Source of the DNA: Podarcis muralis
Lineage: Eukaryota
Direction: 5' to 3'
Assembly: GCF_964188315.1 (NCBI RefSeq)
Contig: NC_135656.1
Location: 111,042,001-111,106,000, forward strand
DNA: 64,000 nt
The stretch's first letter is position 1. Every line of letters begins with the position of its first letter. The notes under the pieces are model-generated. The model was not told the DNA's origin, did no database searches, and saw nothing but the letters and a program-made list of their open reading frames with translations. Of this stretch, positions 35,628 through 48,200 are shown piece after piece. The position numbers and the translations under genes are program-made.

Positions 35628-36856
35628 TTGATTGTAAGAGCAGGGAACATCTTATTACTGATGTTTGTAAACTGCTCCAAGAGCTGTTTTGGCTGAAGAG
35701 CAGGGTAGAAATGCTTTAAAGAAAGAAAGAAACTAAAGATGGTACTTGGCACCATCTTCTTTTATTTCACTTACAAAGGAAATGAGATTAAAGTGAGGTC
35801 CCAACAGCTACAAATGTGGCAATTTCAGTTTCACTCTGATCCCCCCCCCCCCCAGGCTTAAATTCAGTTCTCTGCATTCCTACATCAGTTAGTGGTTTGG
35901 TTTCATTTTGCTTTGCTTTGTTTTAAAAGTCCTGGGCATTTCTGTGCAATCTTCTAATATACACGTTTATTTATTTAAAAGAAATAAACAAAAAAATTCT
36001 TTAAAAAGATAGCTCCTAAAAACTCCCTTGAAAGAATAAAATCTTATTGTCCCTGGAAGTCTTTAAAAGAATCCTTCCAAAATAATAATAATATTTTTTT
36101 TTGAAAAAAGACAATTTTCCAGCAGCACCTTAGAGGACCAACTAAGTTTGTTCTGGGTATGTTTGTTCTTAGTTGGTCTCTAAGGTGCTACTGGTGCTTG
36201 AAATCAACAGGCTTGCTACTTGATAGCCTAAATAACAGACACATTTTTGCAAAGCATATTTCCCCATAGATAATATATTTCCCTAAAATAATTCATATTT
36301 GTATGTTATTTTTACTCACGTTTGCACACTTTACTGCACTTTACCACCCCAAAGTGTCCCGAACAGCACCTACATATTTGTTGGCTTGTGTCAGGTCCCA
36401 GCCCAGTTCTGTTCCAAACCTTCAGGGAGCCCAGAGTTCAAGGGAAGCTGGCTGTTGAGATGAAGTCAAAGTTCCAGAGATCAGGATCCAATGGCCGGAG
36501 ACAGGGGCATCCACAACATAAGGTCCAGTTTCAGAGAAGCCGGATCTGGATCAGAGGTCTCAGAGGCAGGAGCATTGTGAAGGTCAAGCAGCACGTGAGA
36601 TCTTAGGCAACAGTACCAGGGCAGGTGGTCAGCAACATCAGCGAGTGGAAGGTCAAAATCAGGTGGTGGTCCTGATCCTAAGAAAATGGCAGGAAATGGG
36701 GAGCTGTCAGAGCAACTCTCAGGCCAGAACTTTGTAGGACTTGCTGAAAGCACACAGACCTGTGAGGTTGAGCTGACAGTGTTTAGGTACGTAGGTGGTG
36801 CCCATGAACAACAAAGCTTAGTGCCACAAGAACTATCTGGTGATAGTTGCGCTAGT

Positions 36857-37110
36857 CTTCTTCTTCTTTGGTGATCACTCATAGCCGAGTAAGATTGTCT
36901 TCCATAAAAACGGTTTTAACAATGAGTCCGTAAGTGACTGTGGAGGCCGATTCTGGATCCACACGTCCTTCCACAGTGGGGACATTGGTTTCCGGGCGGG
37001 AGTTGATCACGGTGGTAGCGTGGGTAGGGCTGGTAGCGTTGGAGATGGCGTCCTCGTGCCTGCCTGCTTTGAACCCCTTTCCTGTGCCTTGGAGCTGGAC
37101 GGCTGCATCT
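36857..37110 (-). mobile_element. RTE-clade LINE 3' fragment
   Basis: Encodes DQLPPGNQCPHCGRTCGSRIGLHSHLRTH, the C2H2 finger typical of RTE ORF ends, and has an (AAG)n tail near 36857-36868. The 5' boundary is approximate. Confidence 0.75.
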
Positions 37111-37960
37111 GTAGGATATTTCCCCACCGACACAGGAGACATCGATGCAATTCTCTCTGGTCCCAGAGATTAGCTCCATCTCCCCTCCTTCCACTTCAAT
37201 CACCATGCGGGCATTCTTCTTCACATCCTCCGGTTCCTGGCAGAACCTGTGCAAGGCAATATTAAGGCTCTTCCGGACATCAGGAGGCGTCCCTGCTAGG
37301 GATCTCACTGTTCTACGGATGCTTTCCAAATTCTTGGCATTCAGGTGCTCCTTGTGGAGTGGTAGCCGTTCCCGGTACATTTCCCAGGTCTTCGGTTCAA
37401 CCTCATAATGAGGTTCCCCCTTGTCAAAACACACCAATATCTCACATTGCCCCATCCCAGAGATGAACTCCAGTTGAACTTTGCGTTTCCTAATGATCAA
37501 CCGGGCATTTTCCTGCACTAATAAGGGTTCCTTAGGGAACTCCTTCAGGGCTAGCTTGAGACATCTTCTCAAATGTTCTCCCATCTCCCATTTCTCCAAA
37601 CTTTCCTTCACTCCCTGGAGACTTGCCACATTCAGTGGCTGGGGCCTGCAACATAATCTTGACAGATAGACATCCCCTGAGAGCTCAGAGGCATTGTACT
37701 GGAGTTCTCCGCCAGCGTCATCTATGCAGATGAGACATTTCTGATTCCCACAGGAGAATTTCAACTCGACCCCATCACTCTTGATCAACAAAGTGGCATT
37801 CTCCTTCACGCATGTAGGCTCCTGCTTGAAATTCCTCAGCGCCATGTCCAAGCATGCGACCAGATTCCTTGTGTCTCACTCATAACCCTGCAACTGTTTC
37901 TGCACAGATCTCAGAGACTCCATGCTCAGTGGGTGAGTTACTCTCTGGATCTGATAGCAG
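36916..37960 (-). pseudogene. Paralogue X2 of the 100-aa-repeat protein: three repeats, in-frame TGA upstream of Met 37851, C-terminus fused to an RTE fragment
   Basis: THPLSMESLRSVQKQLQGYE*DTRNLVACLDMALRNFKQEP... then two more repeats. The ORF from 37851 is 311 aa and open into the RTE zinc finger. Confidence 0.7.
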
Positions 37961-38403
37961 AGATATTTAAACCACAGTTTTTCTCCCACACGAAGCCAAT
38001 CCATCTCTTTAATCCAATCCATCTCTTTAAGAAAAGGAGCCTACTTTCCTTTAAGAATGCCCTCAAATTACCAGTCAGTCGCCTGTTGAGGGTATCTTTG
38101 ATGGATCTCCGGCCTGATTCAGGAGGACCGCTGATCGCCAGCTCAGCTGAAGCAAGTATGAACTGTTGGAGGACGTGGCAAAGGAACATGACTCTTGTTT
38201 TGCATGTTACTGTGGTGATCTGTATTTAGCTTTCCCACAGGTGTTAACAATAGAAAGCAAATGGAATGGAACTTAAATTTCAATGTGTGGGAACTTCCCC
38301 CAAAACAAACAAGACTAGAATGTGACAGAAGTCTGCCCTGTTTGAGTCTACATACTGTTCCTTCACTGTTGTTTACAAAGTACAGTGGTTTGTAAACTGA
38401 ATA

Positions 38404-38677
38404 CAGTGGTACCTCTGGTTACAAACTTAATTTGTTCCGGAGGTCCGTTCTTAAGCCGAAACTGCTCATAACCGCTCATTAGCTTTCGCTAATGGCGCCT
38501 CCCACTGCTGCCATGCTGCCGGTGTGCGACTTCCACTCGCATCCCGGGGCATAATTTGCAACTGGGAGCATCTACTTCCGGGTTAACGGAACTCGTAACC
38601 CGAAGTGTTTGCAAGGAGGACGGTACATAACACAAGTTTCCACTGTAGTTCGTAAAGAGGGCTGTTCTTAAACTGAG
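38404..38677. mobile_element. Tc1/mariner-type MITE with truncated right TIR
   Basis: CAGTGGTACCTC start, GAGGTAC end. Confidence 0.7.
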
Positions 38678-40262
38678 GTACATGAACCATGAGAAGGGTG
38701 AGCCAGAGTCCCATCCACCTGCCCTGTTGTCAGACCAGGAAGATGTGAATAAGCAGCTACATTTTGTATGATAAAAAATACCAGTTGTTCCTCGGATGAA
38801 ATGTGAACTGGTCCCTTGGAATTGGGTGAAATGAGAGACAAAATTCAGCAGTAAGAGCTCAAGCTTATGAAGCCCTGCTGCGGTCACTCCAACACCCATG
38901 GGTGGTCACTTCATTTGTGGGTGCAGCACCCACCCTCTGGAATGCTCTCTCTCAGATAATTCATGAGATGGAGACAGTAGATATTTCCAAACATCCCGTA
39001 AAAACTTAAATGTTTACCCAGGTTTTGATAGATTCTGGCTCCTAATTGTTTTTAAATTTTCTGTTCTGTACACTTCTCAGTTTTATATGATGTATAGTTT
39101 ACTTTTGTTTTTAAGAAATGTTATTGAAATATTGTTGTATCATTGTCACTTTTGTTTATTTGGAAATGTTTGGAAACCAGTTCAGGTTTTTTTAAAAAAA
39201 AACAACTAAGCTGTGGTACAAGAATAGTATAAATGGTTTTCAATAAAAACACAGGTAAGATCTGCAAAAGTTTAAAGGCAAGTGTACACAATTAAAGAAG
39301 TGTCTCTGTGGGTTTACTGAAATAAATGTTTTCACGCAATAATAATAAAAAAAGAGCTCAAGCTCCCACTAGGGTTGGAAAACCTCAGCTGCAGGAGCCA
39401 AATGATGCAGGCCCCTCAAAATGGCCGTCAGGATACAGGCCTCTGGTCCCTTGCATGCACTTCTGACTAAAATCTGTCCTTGGACCGTGATAATATCTCT
39501 TGCTTGTGTGGATGGAGAACATAGCAGGAACTCTGCTCACTTTTGCTACTGGTCCTATCTATCCACAGCGCAAGTTATTTCAAATGTTTCCCATAAGGCA
39601 TGGGTAGGGAACTCATCTGTCAATCGTGTAATTTCATAGTGATATTATGTGATTGTCCCATCCATCAAATTTCACCCATGGGGTGGGGCCAAATTTTTTC
39701 AAACTCCAGACACAATGCAGCATCTGGGCTGCAAAAGGCTCCCCACATGTGCCTCACATCAACATGGGTCATGTTGGGAAATGTTAAATCTGAAGCCAGT
39801 CATTTCAAACATAGAGTAATTGTTTTGATTTTTATCTCACTTAAAAGCGCATACTTTCAGAAGACCCCTGCTGGTTCAGACCACAGCTCCCACTTCCTGG
39901 ATCAATGGAGCCCTTGTTTATTTCATATATTAAAGACTCAAATAAAGCAACAGCAGTTTAAGAGTAATAATATAAGAGCAGACATGAGCACCTTGTCCTC
40001 CACTGGTTCAGACTAGAGATACTTAACTGCAGTTCTGCAAATCCCCTTGTTGTAAGCAAAAAATGGCTTATCTTCTGAGTTTACGCCAATAAAACTCAGA
40101 GGCAAGAGGTGTTAAGAGTCCATTGTTGTTTACTGCAAAGCAATAGGTTACAGTCGAATCTTTTCGCAAAACTGCAACCCCGCCCAAGGGTCAGGGCAGT
40201 GGTATTTATAACATTTCAAACAAAGGATTTCAATTTTCACCAATCTTCGATACCTCCCTCTC

Positions 40263-41030
40263 TATGGAGGCACAGATTACAGCTATAACAAAGGCGGCAT
40301 TTTTTCATCTCCGCCAAGCTAAGCAGTTGGCTCCTTATCTCTCTCGCCCTGACCTAGCCACTGTGATCCACGCGACGGTCACCTCCAGACTGGATTATTG
40401 TAACTCACTCTACGTGGGGCTGCCCTTGAGACTGACCCAGAAACTCCAGCGGGTGCAGAATGCCGCGGCGAGACTCCTTATGGGGTCTTCGCTGCGAGAT
40501 CATATCCATCCGGTACTATACCAGCTGCACTGGCTCCCGGTGGAGTACAGGATCAGGTTTAAGGTGCTGGTTTTAACCTTTAAAGCCCTATACGGCCTAG
40601 GACCCTCGTACCTACGGGACCGCCTCTCCTGGTATGTCCCACAGAGAAATTTACGGTCTGCAAATAAAAACATCCTAAAGATCCCAGGCCACAGAGAGGT
40701 TAGGCTGGCCTCAACTAGAGCCAGGGCTTTCTCGGCTGCGGCTCCAATCTGGTGGAACGCTCTGTCACAAGAGACTAGGGCCCTGCAGGACCTGACATCC
40801 TTCCGCAGGGCCTGCAAGACAGAGCTGTTCCACCAGGCCTTTGGTCAGGGCGCAGCCTGACCCCCTCCTCTGGCAATCTGCACAGAATTTTGCTTGATGG
40901 TTGCCATTAATTTGATTTTAATTTGATTTAATTAATTTTATAATGAATGTTTTTAGAATGTTGGACTATTTTGATTGTTGTTAGCCGCCCTGAGCCCAGC
41001 TTCGGCTGGGGAGGGCGGGATATAAATAAA

Positions 41031-41063
<33 letters not shown>
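40263..41063 (+). mobile_element. Young L2 LINE 3' fragment
   Basis: Open 198-aa frame (TSRLDYCNSLYVGLP...LQRVQNAAARLL...LHWLPVEYRIRFKVL), 3' UTR and (ATT)n tail. Absent from the paralogous segment near 17360-17300. Confidence 0.92.
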
Positions 41064-42208
41064 CATGTACATCATTACCTCATTTCATGTTTAATACACA
41101 TGCGCAATAAGCATTGCTAACTAAACTTTGATTCTCACTGTGCTCTGTTACATTGTGTTAGTATGCATGTTGGGAAGCTGTGTTACATGCAGCCATTTGC
41201 ACCGTGTATCAACTTGCGTTCTAACTTATGAGCTTCATCTTTGTGATTCACACATTGGCTGCCCTTCTGTCCCAGTGGGGGACGGCATCTTGCAAAATCC
41301 TCAGTTTCTTAAAGCAACAGGTTACCATAACTTCTCTATTAGAAGCATATTGAAGGATTTATAGGGGTTCACATTATCACATTCATTATGGCCCTTTGGG
41401 CCACTACCACACCCTGAGCAGCTTGGACATTAAGCGATTAATGGCACGCACAAATGCAGTAAGCGGAATTGCTTTTATTTATTTACAAGGTTTCTTACAT
41501 ACCTTTCGACATCAGGTCCTAGAGTGAGTGACAACAACTAAACAATTATAAAAAGACATAGAACAACTACTTGAAGCACATAAACAACCCACCTCTTTAG
41601 ATAATTAAGGGGGCATTTAAATGCCCCCATATCAAGTCTCTATTTGTGTGTCATGTATTTGCAGACAATTCCTTTTTAATCATGCTTCTATTTTGTGTGT
41701 TTCTGTTCTGAATAAAATATAGCCATGGGGTTGTGATCCGAAGCACGCTGCCAATCTGGATCAGGGCCTCATGCCAGTTCCTCGTTGAAAAGCCTCTCCT
41801 CTTCAGCTACTATTTCCCCCTGAAGCTGTGTCTGAATGGCAGTTTTCATGTGTTTTGTTTCCCACAACAGAACGCTATTTGGAGGAGAAAGCCTGCAGGG
41901 CCCATTCAGACTTGACAGCAATAATACTGCATGATAGAGTCAGACTGTTACTAATTCCCTCTAAAGAAGTTGGCAGTTTGGGGCAGGGACTTAATATCCT
42001 GAGCCCTTTCCACACCACACATACCCGCCCCCCAAAAAAGTTCTTTCCCCAGATGTTTGGGGGAGGAAAGTATGGGTGGGGAGAGGATTCAGTTCCTTCC
42101 TCCTGACCCCCCACACTGTTTTTTTAAACTTCCCCACCCATCCCTGGTTTTAAAGGACTTGGCACCTCCCGCTGGCCTGTCAAGTTTGCACCAAATGGCA
42201 ACCTCATC

Positions 42209-45200
42209 TCATTTCCCCACACAGACAAAGGAGCTGATTTTCTCCCCAGAAAACAAAGCACGGGAGAAGGTAAAGAGATTATTATTTGAGTCAGCATCAC
42301 GGAAGAGTATTACTTGTGCTTCATAGTTCACAAGCACACGGATCCTCTTTGGCTGAATCCCTTTTGGGTTGAACTTAAGGGGTCCCGTGTGGATCGAGGG
42401 TGATGGTCCCAGAGTTATTCCAGGAGAAGTGGAAGCGTAATATGCATCATTAGAAATCCTCCCAATAGCCCAGATCCCAATCCCATCATTCAAATTGACA
42501 ATATTGTGACCCCTTAAAGACTCCTTGACAATCCCCACAGCCCAGAAGTTCTCGTTCCCCACGTCCACTATCCAGGAATGAGTCCCTGAGGTGATTCTCT
42601 CAACTCCCATAACATAGGAACAACAATTAATGTTGTTATTTGAGAATACGGGGATAGCGTGTGATTGGTTCAAATACGGGCTTGGTGGGAAGGCAAACAA
42701 TGGTGACTTCATATATGTGTCTCGAGTTGGTGCTTGGCCATACGCTTCTAGGACTAGTTTAGGAATGGCCTTGTCTTCACCTGCAAGAGAAAGGAAACGA
42801 TTAGGGAGGCAGCGCCCAAAACCTGCATCCACGTTTTGTGCAGCTCTGAGTGAGGAGGAGGTTTGAAAAGCCAATGTACTAATGGGGTGGGAAATTGCTC
42901 CCCCATGCAGGTCAGTTCAGAAACTCAGGGAACGCCCCTTGAGGGCAAGGATGCTAGCTCTGAGGTAGGCTTGCTTGCAAAAGGTCCCTGGTTCAATCCC
43001 TGTAGGGTGAGTTCCCTGGATAAAACCCTGGAGGGCTGTTGCCAGTCATTCTTGGCAATATGAAGCTAGATGGACAGTTGGCTTGGCTCTGTAGAAAAGC
43101 TGCTTCCTATGCTCCTGTGCTCAGCCCTTCTCCCAATCTCACATGTAAAACCCAAAACAAGGAACCCTACCCAACCTGGAAATGTACTTTCTTTTCTGGA
43201 GGTCCAGACAGCTGAAGTAACGCTGCCCAATCTGGAACCATATGTTTTACTTGAGGTCCAGGGAGCACAACACTTAAGGAACAAAACCGATATGAGGAAG
43301 AAGTTGAGACTCACACTTGGCTCCAAGGTAATGCTTTAGATCAGGAGTGCTTGGAAGTGTGTTCACGCCAATATTTAAAATGTAGTCATCGTATAGGACC
43401 GTTTGAGCTCTTCCATGTTGCTGTAATGCGCTTGGGGCTCGTGCCTTGAGGAGCACATTTCCCACGACTGGATGCCCTGAGATAAGGGAGCCGGGTGCAC
43501 TGGGTTGCCATAGCAACACCAGCAGGTCGAGTGTGCGACTTGCAGAGTCATTCACCCTCCCACTGGTCCAGGAAATGTGCCCACATGTAGAGAAAGGAAT
43601 AGTAGCCTCTAGGGCATTGCTTTCATCCTGTCTGTCTTGTCTGTGCCCTGTCCCGTTTGCTGTCAAGGGTCTGACTCTGTGAGACTCAGGGGAAGAGGCC
43701 GTGGGTTTTGCACAGAAGCATTAGCTAGCATGGTGATGAGTGTCAATGGATCTGATCGTACATATCTTTACTTCAGGCCAGAAGGACTGGTCTTGTGTCT
43801 GGAGACATTAAACACTTGGTTACTTTGAACTGCGTGTGAGGAGTTTCCCCCTTAACGAACTCTGGAAGATGCTGTTCGGATGGGAGAAGGAAATCTCTGA
43901 TGACTTCGTTTGCTGTGCTCATAACACACACACCAGTTGAGGTGTGGTGAACTCCCAGCTGACTTCAGCAAGTCACAGCATTCCAGCATTCCCATTACAT
44001 TTTATGAAAACATTGGGAGAGGGGGTGATTCAGAAAAATCAATGCCAAATAATGAAGATTACTCAGAATTTTGAATAGAGAAATAGAAAAAAAAGAACTC
44101 TCAAATGTCAAGCTTCAGCTACTCTTTCTTGCTTCCCAGTCCTCCAGTTCTGAGAGAGTTAGAAGACAAAACCAGAGTTTTGAAGTAGAGCAGAGTTTAG
44201 GGATGTGACAGGCTGTAAAAGGCAGCAAGACAGAAAGAGAATCAGAGCATGAAGGTTGATTCCTGTTTTGAATGCAAGGCTGTGGCAGTGGGAGAAACAA
44301 GACTCTCTTGGGGTGTCCGTGTTGTGAACCCCTCCATCGTAGGCTCAGATTCTATATATGTGGGAATAAACCATATATCCTAAAGACACCACAGTCTCTG
44401 CTGTCTCTCATTTCCCAAAAGGAAATACGAACCCAGGGGATGCAGCTTGGGACCCCAGCAATCTTGTGCTGCTGGGAGATTGAAGTGCAAAACCCTCCCA
44501 TATCTCATCTGCAAAAATTGTTTAAAGATGTGCCAAACCTGGAAATGTACCTTTATTTTCTTGAGGTCCCGAGAGCACAGCGTCTAAGAAATAAAAGTGA
44601 AATGAGGAAAAAGTCAATACTCAGACTTGGCTTCAAGGGCAATGCTTTAGATTTAGAATGTTTGCAAGTGTGTTCGTGTCTAAATCTAAAATTTAGCCAC
44701 AGTACTCCGTTTTCCTCCCTCTTGCAGCATTAGCATTAAGTGTTATGAAAGCATGTTCGGGGTGGAGACACAGAGAAGAGTTGCCTCCCCCAGCTCTGAG
44801 AGAGTTAGAAGACAAAACCAGAGTTCTGGAGTAGAGTTTAGGGATGTGACAGGCTGTAAAAGGCAGCAAGTTGGAAAGAGAATCAGAGCACGATGGTGGG
44901 TTCCTGTTTTGAATGCAAGGCTGTGGCTATGGGAGAAACAAAACTCTCTTGGGGTGTCTGTGAATCCCTCCATTGTAGGCTCAGATAGCATTTTAATAAA
45001 CCATATATCCTAAAGACACCACAGTCTCTGCTGTGCCTCATTTGCCAATAGGAAACTCGAACCCTGGGGAAGCAGCCTGGGACCCCTGGAATATTCACCG
45101 TTTGGAANNNNNNNNNNNNNNNNNNNNNNNNNNNNNNNNNNNNNNNNNNNNNNNNNNNNNNNNNNNNNNNNNNNNNNNNNNNNNNNNNNNNNNNNNNNNN

Positions 45201-48200
45201 NNNNNNNNNNNNNNNNNNNNNNNNNNNNNNNNNNNNNNNNNNNNNNNNNNNNNNNNNNNNNNNNNNNNNNNNNNNNNNNNNNNNNNNNNNNNNNNNCCCA
45301 CATCTAAAACATCATACAATGACCCTTGTTACCTTTGACTTTCTTGGTCTCCTTCTCCAAAAAAGGATGTATTTTGGAGAAATAATCTATTTGCTGTTTT
45401 AATCCACGAGGAAATGCTATTGCATTGATGGTTTTATTCTTATTTTCATTACATCTAGGAAGAAGAAAGTGACGTTTATTGTGCTCATCAGGTCATTTCA
45501 AGTCTTTCTTAATTCAGTCGTCAGAATGAAGGAGAAAAGTGGGAACAGGAGGAAGATACCAAGGGCTCGTCCATGATAGGTTGTTCTTTCATTCCCCCTG
45601 GTTTCCCCACGAAAGTCCCTGCTGTTTACCACTGAATCGGAACAAAGGTCAGTCGAGTTTTCTGTGGATTTACAGCTGAATAGAAGCAAACATTTATCAG
45701 GTTTTCTGCTGATTTATGTTTGTTCCAATTCTGTGGTAAGCAGCAGGTTTCCCCAGGAAAAGCGGAGGGACAAAAGAAAAGCTTCTTGGACCTTTGCTTA
45801 GAAATCACAGGAAAAGCGGACTTGTGGATGAGCCCTGTGATAGCAACTAATGGTATTGTCTGCCCTGGGACCATTACAAAGACCTATTACAAACTAGAAA
45901 ATGATGTATAAGGGGGTGGAGAGTATAAAGTGTAAATTTACATACACATTTTTTCATTTAAAAATTACATATAAATGATCAATCCGTAATCTATTTTACC
46001 TCTTTTTTTAAAATAAACTTTACTGTGAAGATGCCGAAAGATTTTCAAACTATCTGCCTGAAATTTTGACGCACACGTTGCATACCGTACCATGTTTAAA
46101 ATTACAACTAGGTCAGAAGTGCCTGATTAACTTGTGACAAAGTTGTGATTTGTCGCTGCTTCTACCTGATCAGAACAGGGTATAAATCGGCCCAATTTGG
46201 TAGAGGATCTGGGTGAATCTGGAGCAGAGCCTTACTGAATATTTACTGCAAGAAATTATGTTTGCAGATAATGCACACAAGTAACTAATAAGAGCCTCTC
46301 TTTACCCTGGCCTTTGTCATCTAGGAGATGTATTTTAGCACCCACCCAGTTTTCTTGGAGTGTAATTTGTTTTAACTATTTTTAATATTGTATTTTAATC
46401 CACAAGCTGCCCTGGAACCTGACAGTGGAGGGCAAGTAAGAAATCTAATAATCCACCACCACCAACAACAACTCTGCTATGATATGAAGTATACAGTAGA
46501 TGAAGAAATAGCATCAAAATATGCATTTTATATACAGTGGTACCTCGGGTTACATACACTTCAGGTTACAGACACTGCTAACCCAGAAATAGTACCTCGG
46601 GTTAAGAACTTTGCTTCAGGATGGGAACAGAAATCGTGCTCCAGTGGCGCGGCAGCAGCAGGAGGCCCCATTAGCTAAAGTGGTGCTTCAGGTTAAGAAC
46701 AGTTTCAGGTTAAGAACGGACCTCCGGAACAAATTAAGTACTTAACCTGAGGTACCACTGTACATTCTCCCCCCAAAATCCTATCCATTTTGTATGTTCT
46801 TCTATGCATCTCCCATCTTCTATGCTTTTTGTACATTTCCCTGCATGAGATACACAGTGGATTTTTTAAGCCAAAACCAAATTTGTAAAAGTGTGCAATC
46901 AGATAGGTAACTGTTTTTTGATCTGCTTATTTTTCTGCAAACAGTGAATTAGATTGGTTCACATGAAAGTATAGACCAAATAAAATTATCCCTCACCTCC
47001 AAGGACGGAAATTAATATTATTCATATTCATATCAAAGCCACATACCTTTCCAGGATGCTTCTTATATTCTAGATGGAAGAGACAGGATGAGAGAAATTC
47101 AGTCCCTTGCACCAGTTGCCTCCAGCTGTTTATTATTACCAAATACTGAAGTGCTCATGCCTACTGTAAATACTTCTATAGACCAATGAACAGCCCTTCC
47201 CCAGAGGACAACCTGGATGGTTTTGTTCCACCATTGCTCACCTGCAAGAATTCAGTCACTGGCTGCTTCTGTTTCTCCTCCAGCTGCCTGATTAGGTTGT
47301 CAAGGGAGGCCATTTCCTCACAGAGTTTGGCGATATATTGATTCCTACAGTTTTTAATCTCATCGTCCAGTTGCTTCAATTGAGCCAGCACGAGGTGCTC
47401 TTGTTCTTCCAGAAACTGGTGCAATTGCTTGAAATCGGCCATGATTTCCTGCCTCTCCATGTCTGTCTGTTTCTGCAAAGAGAGAGTCATGGCCAGACAA
47501 AGACGTTTAGATGTCCCCTTAATTCTATGTGCACAAGCTGACTGGCAGGGCAGCTGATGTTTACTTCAACACTCACAATGGTATAGAACATCAATTACAG
47601 CTGAGGGCGGCAGGCAGGCTAGCTTTGCAGGACACGACCTCTTTGCTTGCCTCTGTCCTCAGTATTTTCCTGCTGCTCACCTACCGATCTATTAAGCTGC
47701 TGCTGCTCTCTATTCCCTGGCATCTTCAGCCTGGCTTGGCCACCTCACTCTGCCTAATAGTAGGGCCGTGAGGAAGTGACGAGAAGGAGGAAGACTGGCT
47801 TTGGGGGGTTCACTTCATTCTTAAAGGATTAATGCTGGCATGGCTGGACATTTTTGGACTCAAGGACTACATTCGCCCCTAGACAGCCCTACCAATTTTA
47901 GCCTATCCTGCTGAATGTTGTCTAAACTTGCAGGCAGCTGCTCTTCAAGGTCTGAAGCAGAGACCTTTCTCAACTCTACCACCCAATATCCATTTAATTG
48001 ATAATGCCAATGATCAGACCTGGGACACTGTGCAAGCGAAGAATTAAGGCCTCACTCTGTCAAGTATAACCATCCTGGAGAGGCAAGAAGATTTGCACCT
48101 ACCAGCAGATTCTGGCTTTCGGTCTCCCCATTCAGTTTAGAAGACAGGATTTCTTCTCTCTTTTTGTTCAGGAACTCCAAATGACGCAGGATTTTACCCT

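Noticed and set aside
36481-36882. 133-aa ORF as a separate gene
   Set aside because: It starts in the RTE tail and has no recognisable domain. It may be the displaced original X2 tail, but this is unsupported.
43188-43272. 85-nt extra coding exon in TRIM B (and its equivalent in C)
   Set aside because: With the available AG and GT it breaks phase and hits TAA, so it was left out of the gene models.
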